Shown here piece by piece: positions 19,310 to 29,015 of a stretch of 64,000 nucleotides of DNA. The translations under genes were made by a program, and so were the position numbers. The notes under the pieces are model-generated. The model ran no database searches. It was not told the DNA's origin and saw nothing but the letters and a program-made list of their open reading frames with translations. Where the stretch lies: the IMG/VR virus record IMGVR_UViG_3300032335_000499. One strand, written 5' to 3'. The stretch is from a virus. Lineage: Duplodnaviria > Heunggongvirae > Uroviricota > Caudoviricetes. The first letter of the stretch is position 1; every line of letters starts with the position of its first letter.

Positions 19310-19553
19310 TACCATCCGTGAAGTAGCTGACAAGCATTATCTTAATGCTTGTAAGTTGGTTGGTACTGCTGCTACTATTGTAGGCGCACTTGCTACTGCT
19401 GGCGGGTTTGACCCGGTCAACATTATCGCATTTAACGTTGGTGCTGTATTCTGGCTTCTTGCTAGCATTCGCATGAAGGATGCTACTCTAATGTCTGTTA
19501 ACGCAGGTCTCCTTGGCATTTACGCACTCGGTGCGATTGTTAGGTTTATTTAA
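19275..19553 (+). CDS. small three-TM membrane protein
   Basis: Hydrophobic; W...KD..L...N pattern shared with 32559-32762. Confidence 0.7.
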   Translation: MNSKIVNTNYLDTIREVADKHYLNACKLVGTAATIVGALATAGGFDPVNIIAFNVGAVFWLLASIRMKDATLMSVNAGLLGIYALGAIVRFI

Positions 19554-19555
19554 TT

Positions 19556-19756
19556 ATGAAAGAAATTATCGTAAACACCCTCAAGGCTAGCTTTGAAGCA
19601 AGCATTCAAAAGCATAAGTTGAACATTGACATTATGCTCAACAAGCCAATGGCTATTCATGAACACACTGATTTCATGGGCGCAGTCGAACTTGAACTTG
19701 CACAGATTGCCGAGTATGAAGATAAGCTAGAAGCACTTACGAAATATTTTTCGTAA
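19556..19756 (+). CDS. hypothetical protein
   Basis: 66 aa; AIHEHTD...IAEYEDKLEAL. Confidence 0.7.
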   Translation: MKEIIVNTLKASFEASIQKHKLNIDIMLNKPMAIHEHTDFMGAVELELAQIAEYEDKLEALTKYFS

Positions 19757-19771
19757 AAGGCATCTTTTTGG

Positions 19772-19800
19772 TTGACATTACCCTCCCGATTTGATATAAC
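19772..19800 (+). promoter_or_regulatory. sigma70-type early promoter
   Basis: TTGACA-N17-TATAAC. Confidence 0.75.
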
Positions 19801-19836
19801 AGTAATTGTTGAAACGCTGTTGAAAGGCTTTTGAGT

Positions 19837-20838
19837 ATGACTACTGTTCTTGTCAAGTCGGGTGAGTATCGTAATCTCCCAGTTATCAATACCCAGTTCA
19901 CTCTCGTTGAGGGTATCAAGCACGGCGCAAAGGGCGCATATATCACTGTGAAGAATGAGGGTCAGTTTCCCCATCAGATTGATAAGGTTAAGGTCCGCAT
20001 TGAAGGTCCTGACTGCATCGAAATGGATGGTGTTGCTCCTTCTGCAACGGTTGCAGAAACAGACCAGGATGCAATGGATCGCATTGCTACTCGCTTTGAA
20101 ATCCTCGATGAAATGTCTGCTGCTTGTATCAAGGGCGACATTCGTGCGATGATCGTTTCGGGTCCTCCGGGCGTAGGTAAGTCGTTCGGTGTTGAGCAGC
20201 AGCTTGACAAGTCCTCATTGTTTGACAAGCTTTCTAACAAGCGTCAAAAGTATGAAGTTGTTAAGGGTGCAATGACTGCACTCGGTCTGTATGCCCAGCT
20301 GTATCGTTACAGCGAAAAGGGTAACATCCTCGTGTTTGATGACTGCGATAGCGTGTTCGGTGACGAACTCTCGCTGAACATTCTCAAGGCTGCTCTTGAT
20401 AGCGGTAAGCGTCGGCGCATTTGTTGGAACTCGGACTCACGCCTTCTGCGTGACGAAGGTATCCCTAACTCGTTCGACTTCAAGGGTGGTGCAATCTTCA
20501 TCACGAACCTCAAGTTCGAAAACGTCAAGTCTAAGAAGCTGCAAGATCACCTTGAGGCTCTGGAATCACGTTGTCACTTCATCGATTTGACCATCGATAC
20601 CGAGCGTGATAAGATGCTTCGTATTCGTCAAGTCAACCGTGATGCTGACGGTGGTCTGTTCAAGGACTACAACTTTCAGAACAATGAAGGTGCAGCAGTT
20701 CTCGACTTCATGCAAGAAAATCAGAAGCGTTTGCGTGAACTGTCAATCCGTACCGCACTCAAGATTGCTGACTTGGTTAAGATTTCCCCGAACAAGTGGC
20801 AGGCACTTGCTATCAGCACTGTGATGAAGCGGGGATAA
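19837..20838 (+). CDS. AAA-family ATPase
   Basis: Walker A GPPGVGKS, Walker B LVFDDCD, FITN, ALESRC. Confidence 0.85.
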   Translation: MTTVLVKSGEYRNLPVINTQFTLVEGIKHGAKGAYITVKNEGQFPHQIDKVKVRIEGPDCIEMDGVAPSATVAETDQDAMDRIATRFEILDEMSAACIKGDIRAMIVSGPPGVGKSFGVEQQLDKSSLFDKLSNKRQKYEVVKGAMTALGLYAQLYRYSEKGNILVFDDCDSVFGDELSLNILKAALDSGKRRRICWNSDSRLLRDEGIPNSFDFKGGAIFITNLKFENVKSKKLQDHLEALESRCHFIDLTIDTERDKMLRIRQVNRDADGGLFKDYNFQNNEGAAVLDFMQENQKRLRELSIRTALKIADLVKISPNKWQALAISTVMKRG

Positions 20839-20969
20839 TGAAGCTAACTCGCATCCCGCTAGATACTAACAACCGCATGCTTCGCATTGGATTTGGGAAG
20901 CATGACGGTCGTTGGTTCGCTAGAATTGATGTATGGTTTTTTGGAATAAGGGTAACTCGTAATGCGTAA
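20838..20969 (+). CDS. small hypothetical protein (not in ORF track)
   Basis: TAATG coupling; MKLTRIPLDTNNRMLRIGFGKHDGRWFARIDVWFFGIRVTRNA, 43 aa. Confidence 0.55.
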   Translation: MKLTRIPLDTNNRMLRIGFGKHDGRWFARIDVWFFGIRVTRNA

Positions 20970-21180
20970 TTTTTGGAATAAGGTTTGGATTGGTTTTCGG
21001 AGCGAGTTTACAGAAAAACAGAATATTCGGAACCTAATTGAGTTTATTATCACTATTGTACTGTTTACGGTGATTAACTCAATCGTGTTCGATGGTAAGG
21101 ATAGTAGCTATACTACTATGCTTGCAGGCTGCGCTCTATATCTTGCAATCAGCACTCGCCGCCGACTTGATAACAAATAA
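20962..21180 (+). CDS. small membrane protein
   Basis: Two hydrophobic segments. Confidence 0.65.
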   Translation: MRNFWNKVWIGFRSEFTEKQNIRNLIEFIITIVLFTVINSIVFDGKDSSYTTMLAGCALYLAISTRRRLDNK

Positions 21181-21205
21181 TAATAAATGCCTTTCAACAA
21201 ACTTT

Positions 21206-21228
21206 CGGGGACTTCGGTCCCCGTTTTT
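21206..21228 (+). terminator. intrinsic terminator with cUUCGg loop
   Basis: CGGGGAC-TTCG-GTCCCCG-TTTTT. Confidence 0.9.
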
Positions 21229-21229
21229 A

Positions 21230-21258
21230 TTGCTTTTAGTCACAAACTATGTTAGAAT
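21230..21258 (+). promoter_or_regulatory. sigma70-type promoter, leaderless geometry
   Basis: TTGCTT-N17-TAGAAT-N6-ATG. Confidence 0.65.
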
Positions 21259-21264
21259 GAGATT

Positions 21265-22272
21265 ATGAAAAACAAAGAACAACTGTTGTATTTCTTCTTG
21301 CAAGTAGGCAAGGTCAGCTTGAGTCAGTATGACTACAAGTTCATGGCTAATCTACAGACAATGATCCAGCGTGATTCACGGGTCACTACTGGTCAGGCTA
21401 CGCTGTTCGATAACTTAATCAGTAAGTACAAGAAGCAACTCTCTAAGTTAGGGTTGGATAAGGCTGAACTGAAAGCATTAGACTGGAACTCTACACTCGT
21501 AGAAAGCACCACTGAATATACTGGTGCTTCTGTTGTTCTCTTGAACGATGAATTGACTTTTCGTGTACCATTCAACAAGACGTTCATTTCTAAGTTTAGA
21601 GAAGTGAAAGACAATGCATTTGTTTGGGACAAAGAACGTAAGGTATATAGGACTACGTTTTCTACTAACGCACTCAAGATTACAACCCAAGTGTTACATA
21701 AGTTCTTCCCGTCAGTTAGGTACTGTGATGAACTATCAGCTATCTTGAACTCTTTGGCTGAGTTGGAAGCTGGCACTACTGTTTGGAACCCAACACTGTG
21801 TCAGGTTAATGGTCAGTTGATGGTTGCTGCATGTAATTCAAGAATCGGTGAACTCATTGAGGGAATGGAGCTTTCGTTAGACGCTACGGTTTTGTTCAAG
21901 CTTAGTCAAATGGGAATCGACATTGATCCAGCTATCATTTCTGATTATCCTAAGCTACAATTTGCTGCTAATAATGTGTATGAAGCAGAGATTGTTGACG
22001 TAGAAAATGTCATCGGATGGATGAAAAATATCGGTTGCGAAAATGTTGTGATTGGACGAGGATTAAGAACCGCATTAAATCAAGAGCAGTTAGCTAAGAC
22101 GATTGAAAAGTATGGAATGAAGCCACTAGGCCCATTGTCATATGGAAAATTACCCGATGGAGTTTCTATGATGTTGCAACATACAAGTAGTGTAAATAAT
22201 CGCAACCCATTTATGGGCACCGTAAGCAAAACTGTCGTGCTTAAAGATTCACGACCAATCGAGGTACAATGA
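21265..22272 (+). CDS. hypothetical protein
   Basis: 335-aa ORF coupled to uvsW. Confidence 0.75.
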   Translation: MKNKEQLLYFFLQVGKVSLSQYDYKFMANLQTMIQRDSRVTTGQATLFDNLISKYKKQLSKLGLDKAELKALDWNSTLVESTTEYTGASVVLLNDELTFRVPFNKTFISKFREVKDNAFVWDKERKVYRTTFSTNALKITTQVLHKFFPSVRYCDELSAILNSLAELEAGTTVWNPTLCQVNGQLMVAACNSRIGELIEGMELSLDATVLFKLSQMGIDIDPAIISDYPKLQFAANNVYEAEIVDVENVIGWMKNIGCENVVIGRGLRTALNQEQLAKTIEKYGMKPLGPLSYGKLPDGVSMMLQHTSSVNNRNPFMGTVSKTVVLKDSRPIEVQ

Positions 22273-23726
22273 ACGAAGTAAAGATCATAATCAAAGACGA
22301 AGTTAATGTAAAAATCGAGGGTCTTGAAGTAGGCGACCGTCGAGCATTGATGAAGATGTTTGAGTTTGAAAAGCCAGGGGCTAGATATCTCCCGGCTGTT
22401 CGTCTTGGACGATGGAACGGAAAGATCAGCTATTTCAGTTTGGGTGGCAGTTCGTATGTCAATCTACTTGAGCAGATCATCACATATCTGTATGATAAAG
22501 GATATGACATTGAACTTGTAGATTTGCGGCAATCACATGATGAACTTAAGTTCGACCGCATTAAAGAAGATAGCTTTTCAGAAACAGTGTGGCCAAAAGG
22601 TCATGAACGTGAAGGTCAACCTATCGTACTACGTGACTATCAGGTTGAGATTGTTAACAACTTCTTAGAGAATCCTCAATGCTTACAGGAAGTTGCAACA
22701 GGCGCTGGTAAGACGCTGATGACTGCTGCTCTATCTAAGTCCGTAGAGCACCTAGGACGCTCCCTAGTGATTGTCCCCAACAAGAGTCTTGTTACGCAAA
22801 CAGAAGCAGATTACATCAATTTAGGATTGGATGTCGGTGTCTACTTCGGTGACCGTAAAGACTATGGCAAGACTCATACTATCTGCACATGGCAAAGCTT
22901 GAACAATCTGTTTAAGAACACAGCCAACGCAGGAGAAGAAACACTTGACGAATTTTTCTTTGAAGATATTGCTTGTGTTATTGTTGACGAAGTTCACATG
23001 GCTAAGGCTGATGTACTCAAGACGATGCTTACAGGAGTGTTCAGCAACATTCCTATTCGCTGGGGACTGACAGGAACCATTCCTAAAGACAAGATGGATC
23101 AAGTATCATTGCTTGTATCACTTGGTCCCGTTATCGGTAAGCTATCAGCAAAAGAGTTACAGGACAAGGGTGTACTCGCACAATGTCATGTTAACATTGT
23201 TCAGCTTAAGGATAAGGTCGAGTTCACTAATTACCAGTCAGAATTGAAACATCTGCTAGAAGATTCAAATCGCCTTGATACGATTGCTGCACTTATCGAA
23301 AAGGTGAATCTGACTGGAAACACTCTCGTACTCGTTGACCGAGTGAACGCAGGAAAAGAAATCGTAAGCAGATTAGGTTCCAATGCAGTGTTCGTCAATG
23401 GCGGCACTGGTCTAACAGAAAGAAAGGCAGAATATGATGAGGTTGCCACAAGCGACGATAAAATTATTGTCGCAACGTACGGCGTTGCGGCTGTCGGTAT
23501 TAATATTCCTCGGATCTTTAATTTGGTTCTTATCGAGCCTGGTAAGTCGTTTGTACGAGTTATTCAGTCGATAGGCAGAGGTATTCGTAAAGCAGAAGAC
23601 AAGGACCATGTTCAAATTTGGGACGTTACAAGTTCTTGTAAGTTCGCAAAAAGACACTTGACACAACGCAAGCAGTTTTACAAAGAAGCCAACTATCCTT
23701 TCAGTATAGAGAAATTGGATTATTAA
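22269..23726 (+). CDS. uvsW: SF2 DNA helicase UvsW-like
   Basis: LRDYQ, ATGAGKT, DEVH, GLTGT, QSIGRGIR. Confidence 0.93.
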   Translation: MNEVKIIIKDEVNVKIEGLEVGDRRALMKMFEFEKPGARYLPAVRLGRWNGKISYFSLGGSSYVNLLEQIITYLYDKGYDIELVDLRQSHDELKFDRIKEDSFSETVWPKGHEREGQPIVLRDYQVEIVNNFLENPQCLQEVATGAGKTLMTAALSKSVEHLGRSLVIVPNKSLVTQTEADYINLGLDVGVYFGDRKDYGKTHTICTWQSLNNLFKNTANAGEETLDEFFFEDIACVIVDEVHMAKADVLKTMLTGVFSNIPIRWGLTGTIPKDKMDQVSLLVSLGPVIGKLSAKELQDKGVLAQCHVNIVQLKDKVEFTNYQSELKHLLEDSNRLDTIAALIEKVNLTGNTLVLVDRVNAGKEIVSRLGSNAVFVNGGTGLTERKAEYDEVATSDDKIIVATYGVAAVGINIPRIFNLVLIEPGKSFVRVIQSIGRGIRKAEDKDHVQIWDVTSSCKFAKRHLTQRKQFYKEANYPFSIEKLDY

Positions 23727-23730
23727 TAGC

Positions 23731-23759
23731 TTGACATATACAGTAAAGGTTGATAGAAT
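23731..23759 (+). promoter_or_regulatory. sigma70-type promoter, leaderless geometry
   Basis: TTGACA-N17-TAGAAT-N6-ATG. Confidence 0.75.
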
Positions 23760-23765
23760 AACATT

Positions 23766-24266
23766 ATGAGAATACTTACTTTAGAAAACGAAAGTTACAA
23801 TCTGGAAACACTTCCAGAGGAAATCGATGATTTGCTGTTTGCAATTCTAGATAATTCTACCCCAGCAAATGTTGATTATCACTTCATTCCGTTGATTTTC
23901 TTAGAATCATTCAACAGTCCTGCACTAGTGATTAAGGTTGCTGATAAGGTTATTAAGATGCCAATCGATTGGCAGATATTGATTGGAGAGCAAGAACATG
24001 GTGACTTAGAAACTTTACCGCTATCTAGTCTCAACGATAGAGGATTCAACGCTTTTCAGTTTAATCCGCGGACTTCATTCTCCCCCTCATTTCTTCCTAT
24101 TGAAATCTTAGATATCTACCCTGATGTTACTTGGTATGCACCTAGACTCAGAAATGGTCAGTTTTTGTGTGTACCGATTGACGAAGGGGAGCAACCGCGT
24201 TGTATCTATTTTGTCAAGGAGATTAGTAGGAACTGCGAAGTAGTAGATTATAGTCAAGTATTTTAA
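23766..24266 (+). CDS. hypothetical protein
   Basis: 166-aa ORF. Confidence 0.75.
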   Translation: MRILTLENESYNLETLPEEIDDLLFAILDNSTPANVDYHFIPLIFLESFNSPALVIKVADKVIKMPIDWQILIGEQEHGDLETLPLSSLNDRGFNAFQFNPRTSFSPSFLPIEILDIYPDVTWYAPRLRNGQFLCVPIDEGEQPRCIYFVKEISRNCEVVDYSQVF

Positions 24267-24268
24267 CA

Positions 24269-24433
24269 ATGAACAAATTAATTGCATTTTTAGTAGTAGT
24301 GTTAGCATGGCTTGTTATGCCCATCGTCATAGTAGGACTCACTATCGGTCTTATACTTAGTATTTTTTGGGCAGGGAGTCATGTACTCTATGCTTATATT
24401 CTTAGCGAACTCAACCAAAGGAAGAAATCATGA
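24269..24433 (+). CDS. small membrane protein (not in ORF track)
   Basis: MNKLIAFLVVVLAWLVMPIVIVGLTIGLILSIFW..., 54 aa. Confidence 0.55.
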   Translation: MNKLIAFLVVVLAWLVMPIVIVGLTIGLILSIFWAGSHVLYAYILSELNQRKKS

Positions 24434-24555
24434 TTACTGAAACAATTATTAAGACTTTTCAAAAGAAGCATAAGCAGTCAGACGTTATGGGTGTAATTCG
24501 CACTCTCTATCCAAACGTTGAAATTTCTATTTTAAAGAAGAAAGGTAACAAGTAA
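24430..24555 (+). CDS. small basic protein (not in ORF track)
   Basis: 41 aa; ATGA and TAATG coupling on both sides; AAGGAAG RBS. Confidence 0.5.
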   Translation: MITETIIKTFQKKHKQSDVMGVIRTLYPNVEISILKKKGNK

Positions 24556-25154
24556 TGAAATATAAGATTGAAATCGGTGGACGCGGCGGCGAAGTTGTTA
24601 TCGGCTCCGTCAAGCGTGAATTCTATGACATTGTTGAAGAACATGAAATTGATTTTGAGGACTATGCTTGGAATGATGATTTCTTTGAGGAAAACGATGT
24701 AGAAATTGACGAAGATATCCGTCCGTTTCATCCCGGCGAATGGCACGAATGCGATGACCTTGCACATCACACTGGCCCTTCACTAGAAGATTGTTATATT
24801 ACTGTAATGGATGAAAACGATACAGTCATCTATGATGCACTAACTGCTGATGCTTTCTTTGATATGGGTGCAGACACAGAACAGACCGAAGAGATTTTCC
24901 CTCAAGAAACTCTTGAAGACGGTGACGTTTACTTCCTTGGACAAAGCATTGAGAAAGGTCACTTCCTCTCGTTTGAATGTGAAGATGAAGCTTTTGACCC
25001 TAAGAAACTTGTAATTACTACAGGTGATTATGACGGCTGGGAACTTGTTACTGGCTTAACCTACAACGGAGAATCACTTGATGATTTGGGTGACAGTTCA
25101 ACTGACGGTAAAGGTTCGGACTTTCAGCTTATCCTAGTAGAGAAAGATTATTAA
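24555..25154 (+). CDS. highly acidic hypothetical protein
   Basis: Roughly 28% D+E by manual count. Confidence 0.75.
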   Translation: MKYKIEIGGRGGEVVIGSVKREFYDIVEEHEIDFEDYAWNDDFFEENDVEIDEDIRPFHPGEWHECDDLAHHTGPSLEDCYITVMDENDTVIYDALTADAFFDMGADTEQTEEIFPQETLEDGDVYFLGQSIEKGHFLSFECEDEAFDPKKLVITTGDYDGWELVTGLTYNGESLDDLGDSSTDGKGSDFQLILVEKDY

Positions 25155-25573
25155 TGTCCTCAGGGCAAACATTGGGTCAAGCAAAATACAATAGAACGAT
25201 TGCTGGCATTCCTCCTAGTGCTGGTGTGTTTAGACTTGATACTGCTAGGACACGCAAGGTAAGAAAAGAGAAGGAAAAGAAGATGGGTTGGTTAAAACGT
25301 AAGTTTGCACAATGGTGCCGCGAAGCATGGGAAAATACTCGCCATGAGGATAAAACATATGCAGTAGTAGACTCTGTTCAATCTCGGAGCATTGATGCAA
25401 ACAAGTGCATTCGCTTCACTCTCTATCCGGCATCAGGCGGGTACGTTATTGAACACTACAAAAATGAACGTATGCGAGAAAGTGATGGGCCGACATTGAC
25501 TATTGTTAACAACGGTGACAGTATTGGTCAAGCGATTGAACACGTTATTGCAATTGAGTCGTTGAAGGCATAA
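25154..25573 (+). CDS. hypothetical protein
   Basis: 139-aa ORF. Confidence 0.7.
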   Translation: MSSGQTLGQAKYNRTIAGIPPSAGVFRLDTARTRKVRKEKEKKMGWLKRKFAQWCREAWENTRHEDKTYAVVDSVQSRSIDANKCIRFTLYPASGGYVIEHYKNERMRESDGPTLTIVNNGDSIGQAIEHVIAIESLKA

Positions 25574-26160
25574 TGGCTAAAGAGAAACTATCAGCAGACG
25601 AAAAGTTTGAGAAGGTTGAGTTTGACCTTTTCGATGCAATCGCGGCTATTGACCGCAAAGACTATTCGTATTATGATAGGTTGACTCCTGAACAGCAAAA
25701 GAAGTTTGTGCCATTCATGATGATACATTGGATTAGTGCAGTTAAAGGTAGTAAGGATATTCAATCTTATTATCTGCAAAGCACTGAATATCATGCTAAC
25801 AAGTATATGTTCAACGAGAATGTACAGAAGCATCCTAAGCTACAATGGTTGATGTTGTGTGCTGCAAGCCCGGGTATTGGCAAACAGTTTCATCAATGGA
25901 TTCCGCATATCCGTGACCGTGTTAGTAAGTTGAAAGAGGCTCCTAAGACCAAGGAGATTAAAGACTACTTTAAAAAGGTATATCCTAAATCAAGTGACAG
26001 TGACTTAAACATCATATCCGAAGTTTTTGTTGACAATCACAAGAAAAAGATGTATATTGCTAATAGATTCCCCGAATTAAAATTTGATGAGATTGAGTTA
26101 TTAAGTGAGCTTGTTACAGATAAAGAAATCGAAGAATACGAAAGAAAGCTCGGTAACTAA
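25573..26160 (+). CDS. possible clamp-loader small subunit (gp62-like)
   Basis: KKFVPFMMIHWIS...AN...HPKLQW...QWI pattern reminiscent of T4-like gp62. Confidence 0.45.
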   Translation: MAKEKLSADEKFEKVEFDLFDAIAAIDRKDYSYYDRLTPEQQKKFVPFMMIHWISAVKGSKDIQSYYLQSTEYHANKYMFNENVQKHPKLQWLMLCAASPGIGKQFHQWIPHIRDRVSKLKEAPKTKEIKDYFKKVYPKSSDSDLNIISEVFVDNHKKKMYIANRFPELKFDEIELLSELVTDKEIEEYERKLGN

Positions 26161-26836
26161 AACCGAGTTTTCTTGTGAGTTTTGCAAGCGGAGTTTCCAA
26201 CGAGAGACTACGATGATGAAACACCTTTGTGAAAACAAGCGCAGATGGCAAGACAAAGACCAGCCAGGTAATCGTATTGGATTTCAAGCTTGGGTAGAAT
26301 TCTACAAAAAGAATACTGCATCTAAAAAACCTAGAACATATGTAGACTTCACGAAAAGTGCATACTACATTGCCTTTGTCAAGTTCGGTCACTATTGCGT
26401 TGATATCAAGTGTATCAATGTAGTTAGGTATGCTGACTGGCTGTTGAAGAATCAGATAAAGATTGATAGTTGGTGCAGCGATACTAACTATACTAAATTT
26501 CTTATTGAGTACTTAAAGACAGAAGACCCGCTGGATGCTATCGCTCGTAGTATCGAAGCTACGATGACTATCTCTAAGGATTCAGGTATCGAAACCAAAG
26601 ATTGTCTACGATATGCTAATAAAAACAAATTAGCGTATGCTGTAACTACTGGCAAGATTAGTCCATGGATGCTTTATCAGAGCGAGAGCGGTGTCAAGTT
26701 TCTAGAAGAACTTGATGAAAGCCAGCAAAAGATGATTATCGACTACATCAATCCAGAACAATGGGCTATCAAGTTTAGACGTAACAACGAAATGGTGACA
26801 CAGGTCAAGGAACTGTTGAATGCCGCAGGCTATTGA
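26105..26836 (+). CDS. zinc-finger-containing hypothetical protein
   Basis: FSCEFCKRSFQRETTMMKHLC; start codon uncertain. Confidence 0.7.
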   Translation: MSLLQIKKSKNTKESSVTKTEFSCEFCKRSFQRETTMMKHLCENKRRWQDKDQPGNRIGFQAWVEFYKKNTASKKPRTYVDFTKSAYYIAFVKFGHYCVDIKCINVVRYADWLLKNQIKIDSWCSDTNYTKFLIEYLKTEDPLDAIARSIEATMTISKDSGIETKDCLRYANKNKLAYAVTTGKISPWMLYQSESGVKFLEELDESQQKMIIDYINPEQWAIKFRRNNEMVTQVKELLNAAGY

Positions 26837-27071
26837 TACTTACAAAGTAGTTCGTCGCGGTCAGAAATACTGCGTGAGAGTTCGTGGGGTACTTAACACT
26901 ACTGATTCATTTAACTGGTGTAAAGAACGTAACATGAGTTACTATATCAAACGGCGGTTTAATGTAGGATATACTTGGGATAGCGAAGGACTCTATAGAA
27001 GCCGCTGGGACTATGACTTTATTTTTGATGAGAAGAAAGAAGCACTGACTTTTATCCTAGGGTATCTATGA
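26820..27071 (+). CDS. small protein, FxxExDxxxFxLxW family
   Basis: C-terminus FDEKKEALTFILGYL. Confidence 0.7.
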   Translation: MPQAIDTYKVVRRGQKYCVRVRGVLNTTDSFNWCKERNMSYYIKRRFNVGYTWDSEGLYRSRWDYDFIFDEKKEALTFILGYL

Positions 27072-27286
27072 ACAAGTTTTTTCACATGGATGCTAAACTA
27101 TTTGATACATGGACTGATCAACTGATTGATAAGTCCTACGATTACCGGCAGATTGGTATTTCAAATGAACACTGTAATCAGATATCCGAACCGGAATACG
27201 GTCTACGATTGGTTAACTGGCCCGATAAAGCATTTGAAGTTGTAGATGAACATAAGTACACTGTCTTCCTACTGAGATACCGATGA
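27068..27286 (+). CDS. small protein, FxxExDxxxFxLxW family
   Basis: C-terminus VVDEHKYTVFLLRYR. Confidence 0.7.
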   Translation: MNKFFHMDAKLFDTWTDQLIDKSYDYRQIGISNEHCNQISEPEYGLRLVNWPDKAFEVVDEHKYTVFLLRYR

Positions 27287-27474
27287 GATTTAGTGTCTCT
27301 CCGCAGCATATGAAGCCATTCGTCATTGTTGTTGACTATAAGTTTTATGTTGAAAATGAGCAAGAGATTAAAGAATGGGCCAATCAGTGTACTCCGGGAT
27401 GGGCACTGACTGGCATGGTATTAGAGTTTAAGAACGAACAAGATAGGCTAGCATTTTTACTACGGTGGAATTGA
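27283..27474 (+). CDS. small protein, FxxExDxxxFxLxW family
   Basis: C-terminus FKNEQDRLAFLLRWN. Confidence 0.75.
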   Translation: MRFSVSPQHMKPFVIVVDYKFYVENEQEIKEWANQCTPGWALTGMVLEFKNEQDRLAFLLRWN

Positions 27475-27677
27475 TGTATACTCTGTGCATAAACGACAAG
27501 AAAAACCAGACTCAAGATTGGTGGTTTAACTTTTTGTTTAGCCTCAATGACATTGATGTGAAAACAGGATTAAAAAAGTGGGGAGGGAGAGTTGAGTATG
27601 ATAGAAGCGGATACAGCGATACTCTTATATTTGACAGAGAAGAAGATTTAGCATGGTTTCTATTAAAATGGACATGA
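27474..27677 (+). CDS. small protein, FxxExDxxxFxLxW family
   Basis: C-terminus FDREEDLAWFLLKWT. Confidence 0.75.
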   Translation: MYTLCINDKKNQTQDWWFNFLFSLNDIDVKTGLKKWGGRVEYDRSGYSDTLIFDREEDLAWFLLKWT

Positions 27678-27692
27678 TTAAGGAACGCTATA

Positions 27693-28334
27693 ATGAATAT
27701 ATGTGATATTGCATTGGTTATAAAAAACCATCTAAATGATGATGAATGCCAGCAACTAATAACAGAATACGAACGTAAAAAATTTACTGCTAGGCAAGAA
27801 CAGTCGCTTCATGCGTATGAGGAAAACACTAAGGTAAGTACCTTTAAAAGGATAACTATAAAAGAGACTAGTCAACATTATGATTTGATAAAAAACAAGA
27901 CAGAAAATGCATTGAAACTTTGGCTAGACTACTTGCAGAGTAAAAATATGTTTAGTGTTGCTTTGCTGCGTAATAATTTGCAATATACGACTCATGATTT
28001 CAGAATATTAAAATATGATGTTGGTAACTTTATACATCCGCACACAGATTGGGATCACTTCACCCATGCTAGTGTTTCATTAAATCTAAACGATGAATAC
28101 ACTGGTGGTGACTTTGTTTTTATGAATGGGGAACGTATAATATCTCTAGAAAAGGGAGACGCATTAGTATTTCCAGCTAACTTTTATTGGGTTCACGAAA
28201 CGAAACCTATTCTAACCGGCACCAGATACACTGTAAATTCATTTATATCAACCGTTCATTCATCCTCACAAAAAAAATTATTTGGAGAAATACACGAAGC
28301 CCAACAAGAGCATGAGAGAATATTTAAACTGTAG
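27693..28334 (+). CDS. 2OG-Fe(II) oxygenase (prolyl-4-hydroxylase-like)
   Basis: HTD, YTGGDF, VFP, HET, GTRY. Confidence 0.88.
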   Translation: MNICDIALVIKNHLNDDECQQLITEYERKKFTARQEQSLHAYEENTKVSTFKRITIKETSQHYDLIKNKTENALKLWLDYLQSKNMFSVALLRNNLQYTTHDFRILKYDVGNFIHPHTDWDHFTHASVSLNLNDEYTGGDFVFMNGERIISLEKGDALVFPANFYWVHETKPILTGTRYTVNSFISTVHSSSQKKLFGEIHEAQQEHERIFKL

Positions 28335-28359
28335 GGCATGATGTGCAGGAACATGAAAA

Positions 28360-28779
28360 ATGGACATGATTAAACAACTCAAAGAACGCTGGAAGGGCTA
28401 CAAAGAGAAACGCTTCCTAAAAAACTATGGGTGTAAGACTTGGCGCGAGTATGAACGCAAATATGATCCTGATGTTGGGTTTAGAGCAAGATGGGCCCAT
28501 ACCTATTATCATGGCTATCCTCATATACTTCCGATGGATCCTCAGAAATTCAGTGACTGGGCGCTCGGCGGCACAATATTTCAACTAGTTGACAAAATGA
28601 CGGAATGGTGTGAACAGAATTGTCAAGGTAAGTGGCGTAACGATTGGCATCGCGGCTTTTGGGATGCTCACGGAAATTACGAGGTCTACGAAATCAATGG
28701 TATAAGCGGTGGTGACACTATGTTTTTTGCATTCAAAGAAGAATCAGATTATGTTTGGTTTATGCTCACCTGGCAATGA
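28360..28779 (+). CDS. protein of FxxExDxxxFxLxW family with N-terminal extension
   Basis: WCEQNCQGKW; C-terminus FKEESDYVWFMLTWQ. Confidence 0.75.
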   Translation: MDMIKQLKERWKGYKEKRFLKNYGCKTWREYERKYDPDVGFRARWAHTYYHGYPHILPMDPQKFSDWALGGTIFQLVDKMTEWCEQNCQGKWRNDWHRGFWDAHGNYEVYEINGISGGDTMFFAFKEESDYVWFMLTWQ

Positions 28780-29015
28780 ATTACTACGATGAAAAGAATG
28801 GATGGGAACACACTAAGCCAGGTTGGTACGAAGTAGTGATTCCGGTGTATCAAATTCAAGAGGCACAGCATAAACACACTGAAATGTTAACCTGGATATA
28901 CGATAACATAGGGAAATGTGAACATCATTGTAGATGGCAGTTCGATTTAGGTAGCTTAAAATTTAAGTTTAGATATGAGAGAGATTATGTATGGTTCAAA
29001 CTAACATGGGGTTAA
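28776..29015 (+). CDS. small protein, FxxExDxxxFxLxW family
   Basis: C-terminus FRYERDYVWFKLTWG. Confidence 0.75.
   Translation: MNYYDEKNGWEHTKPGWYEVVIPVYQIQEAQHKHTEMLTWIYDNIGKCEHHCRWQFDLGSLKFKFRYERDYVWFKLTWG

Noticed and set aside
20937-20983. Short direct repeat TTTTTGGAATAAGG twice
   Set aside because: Only 14 bp, low complexity, inside overlapping small ORFs; no evidence of function
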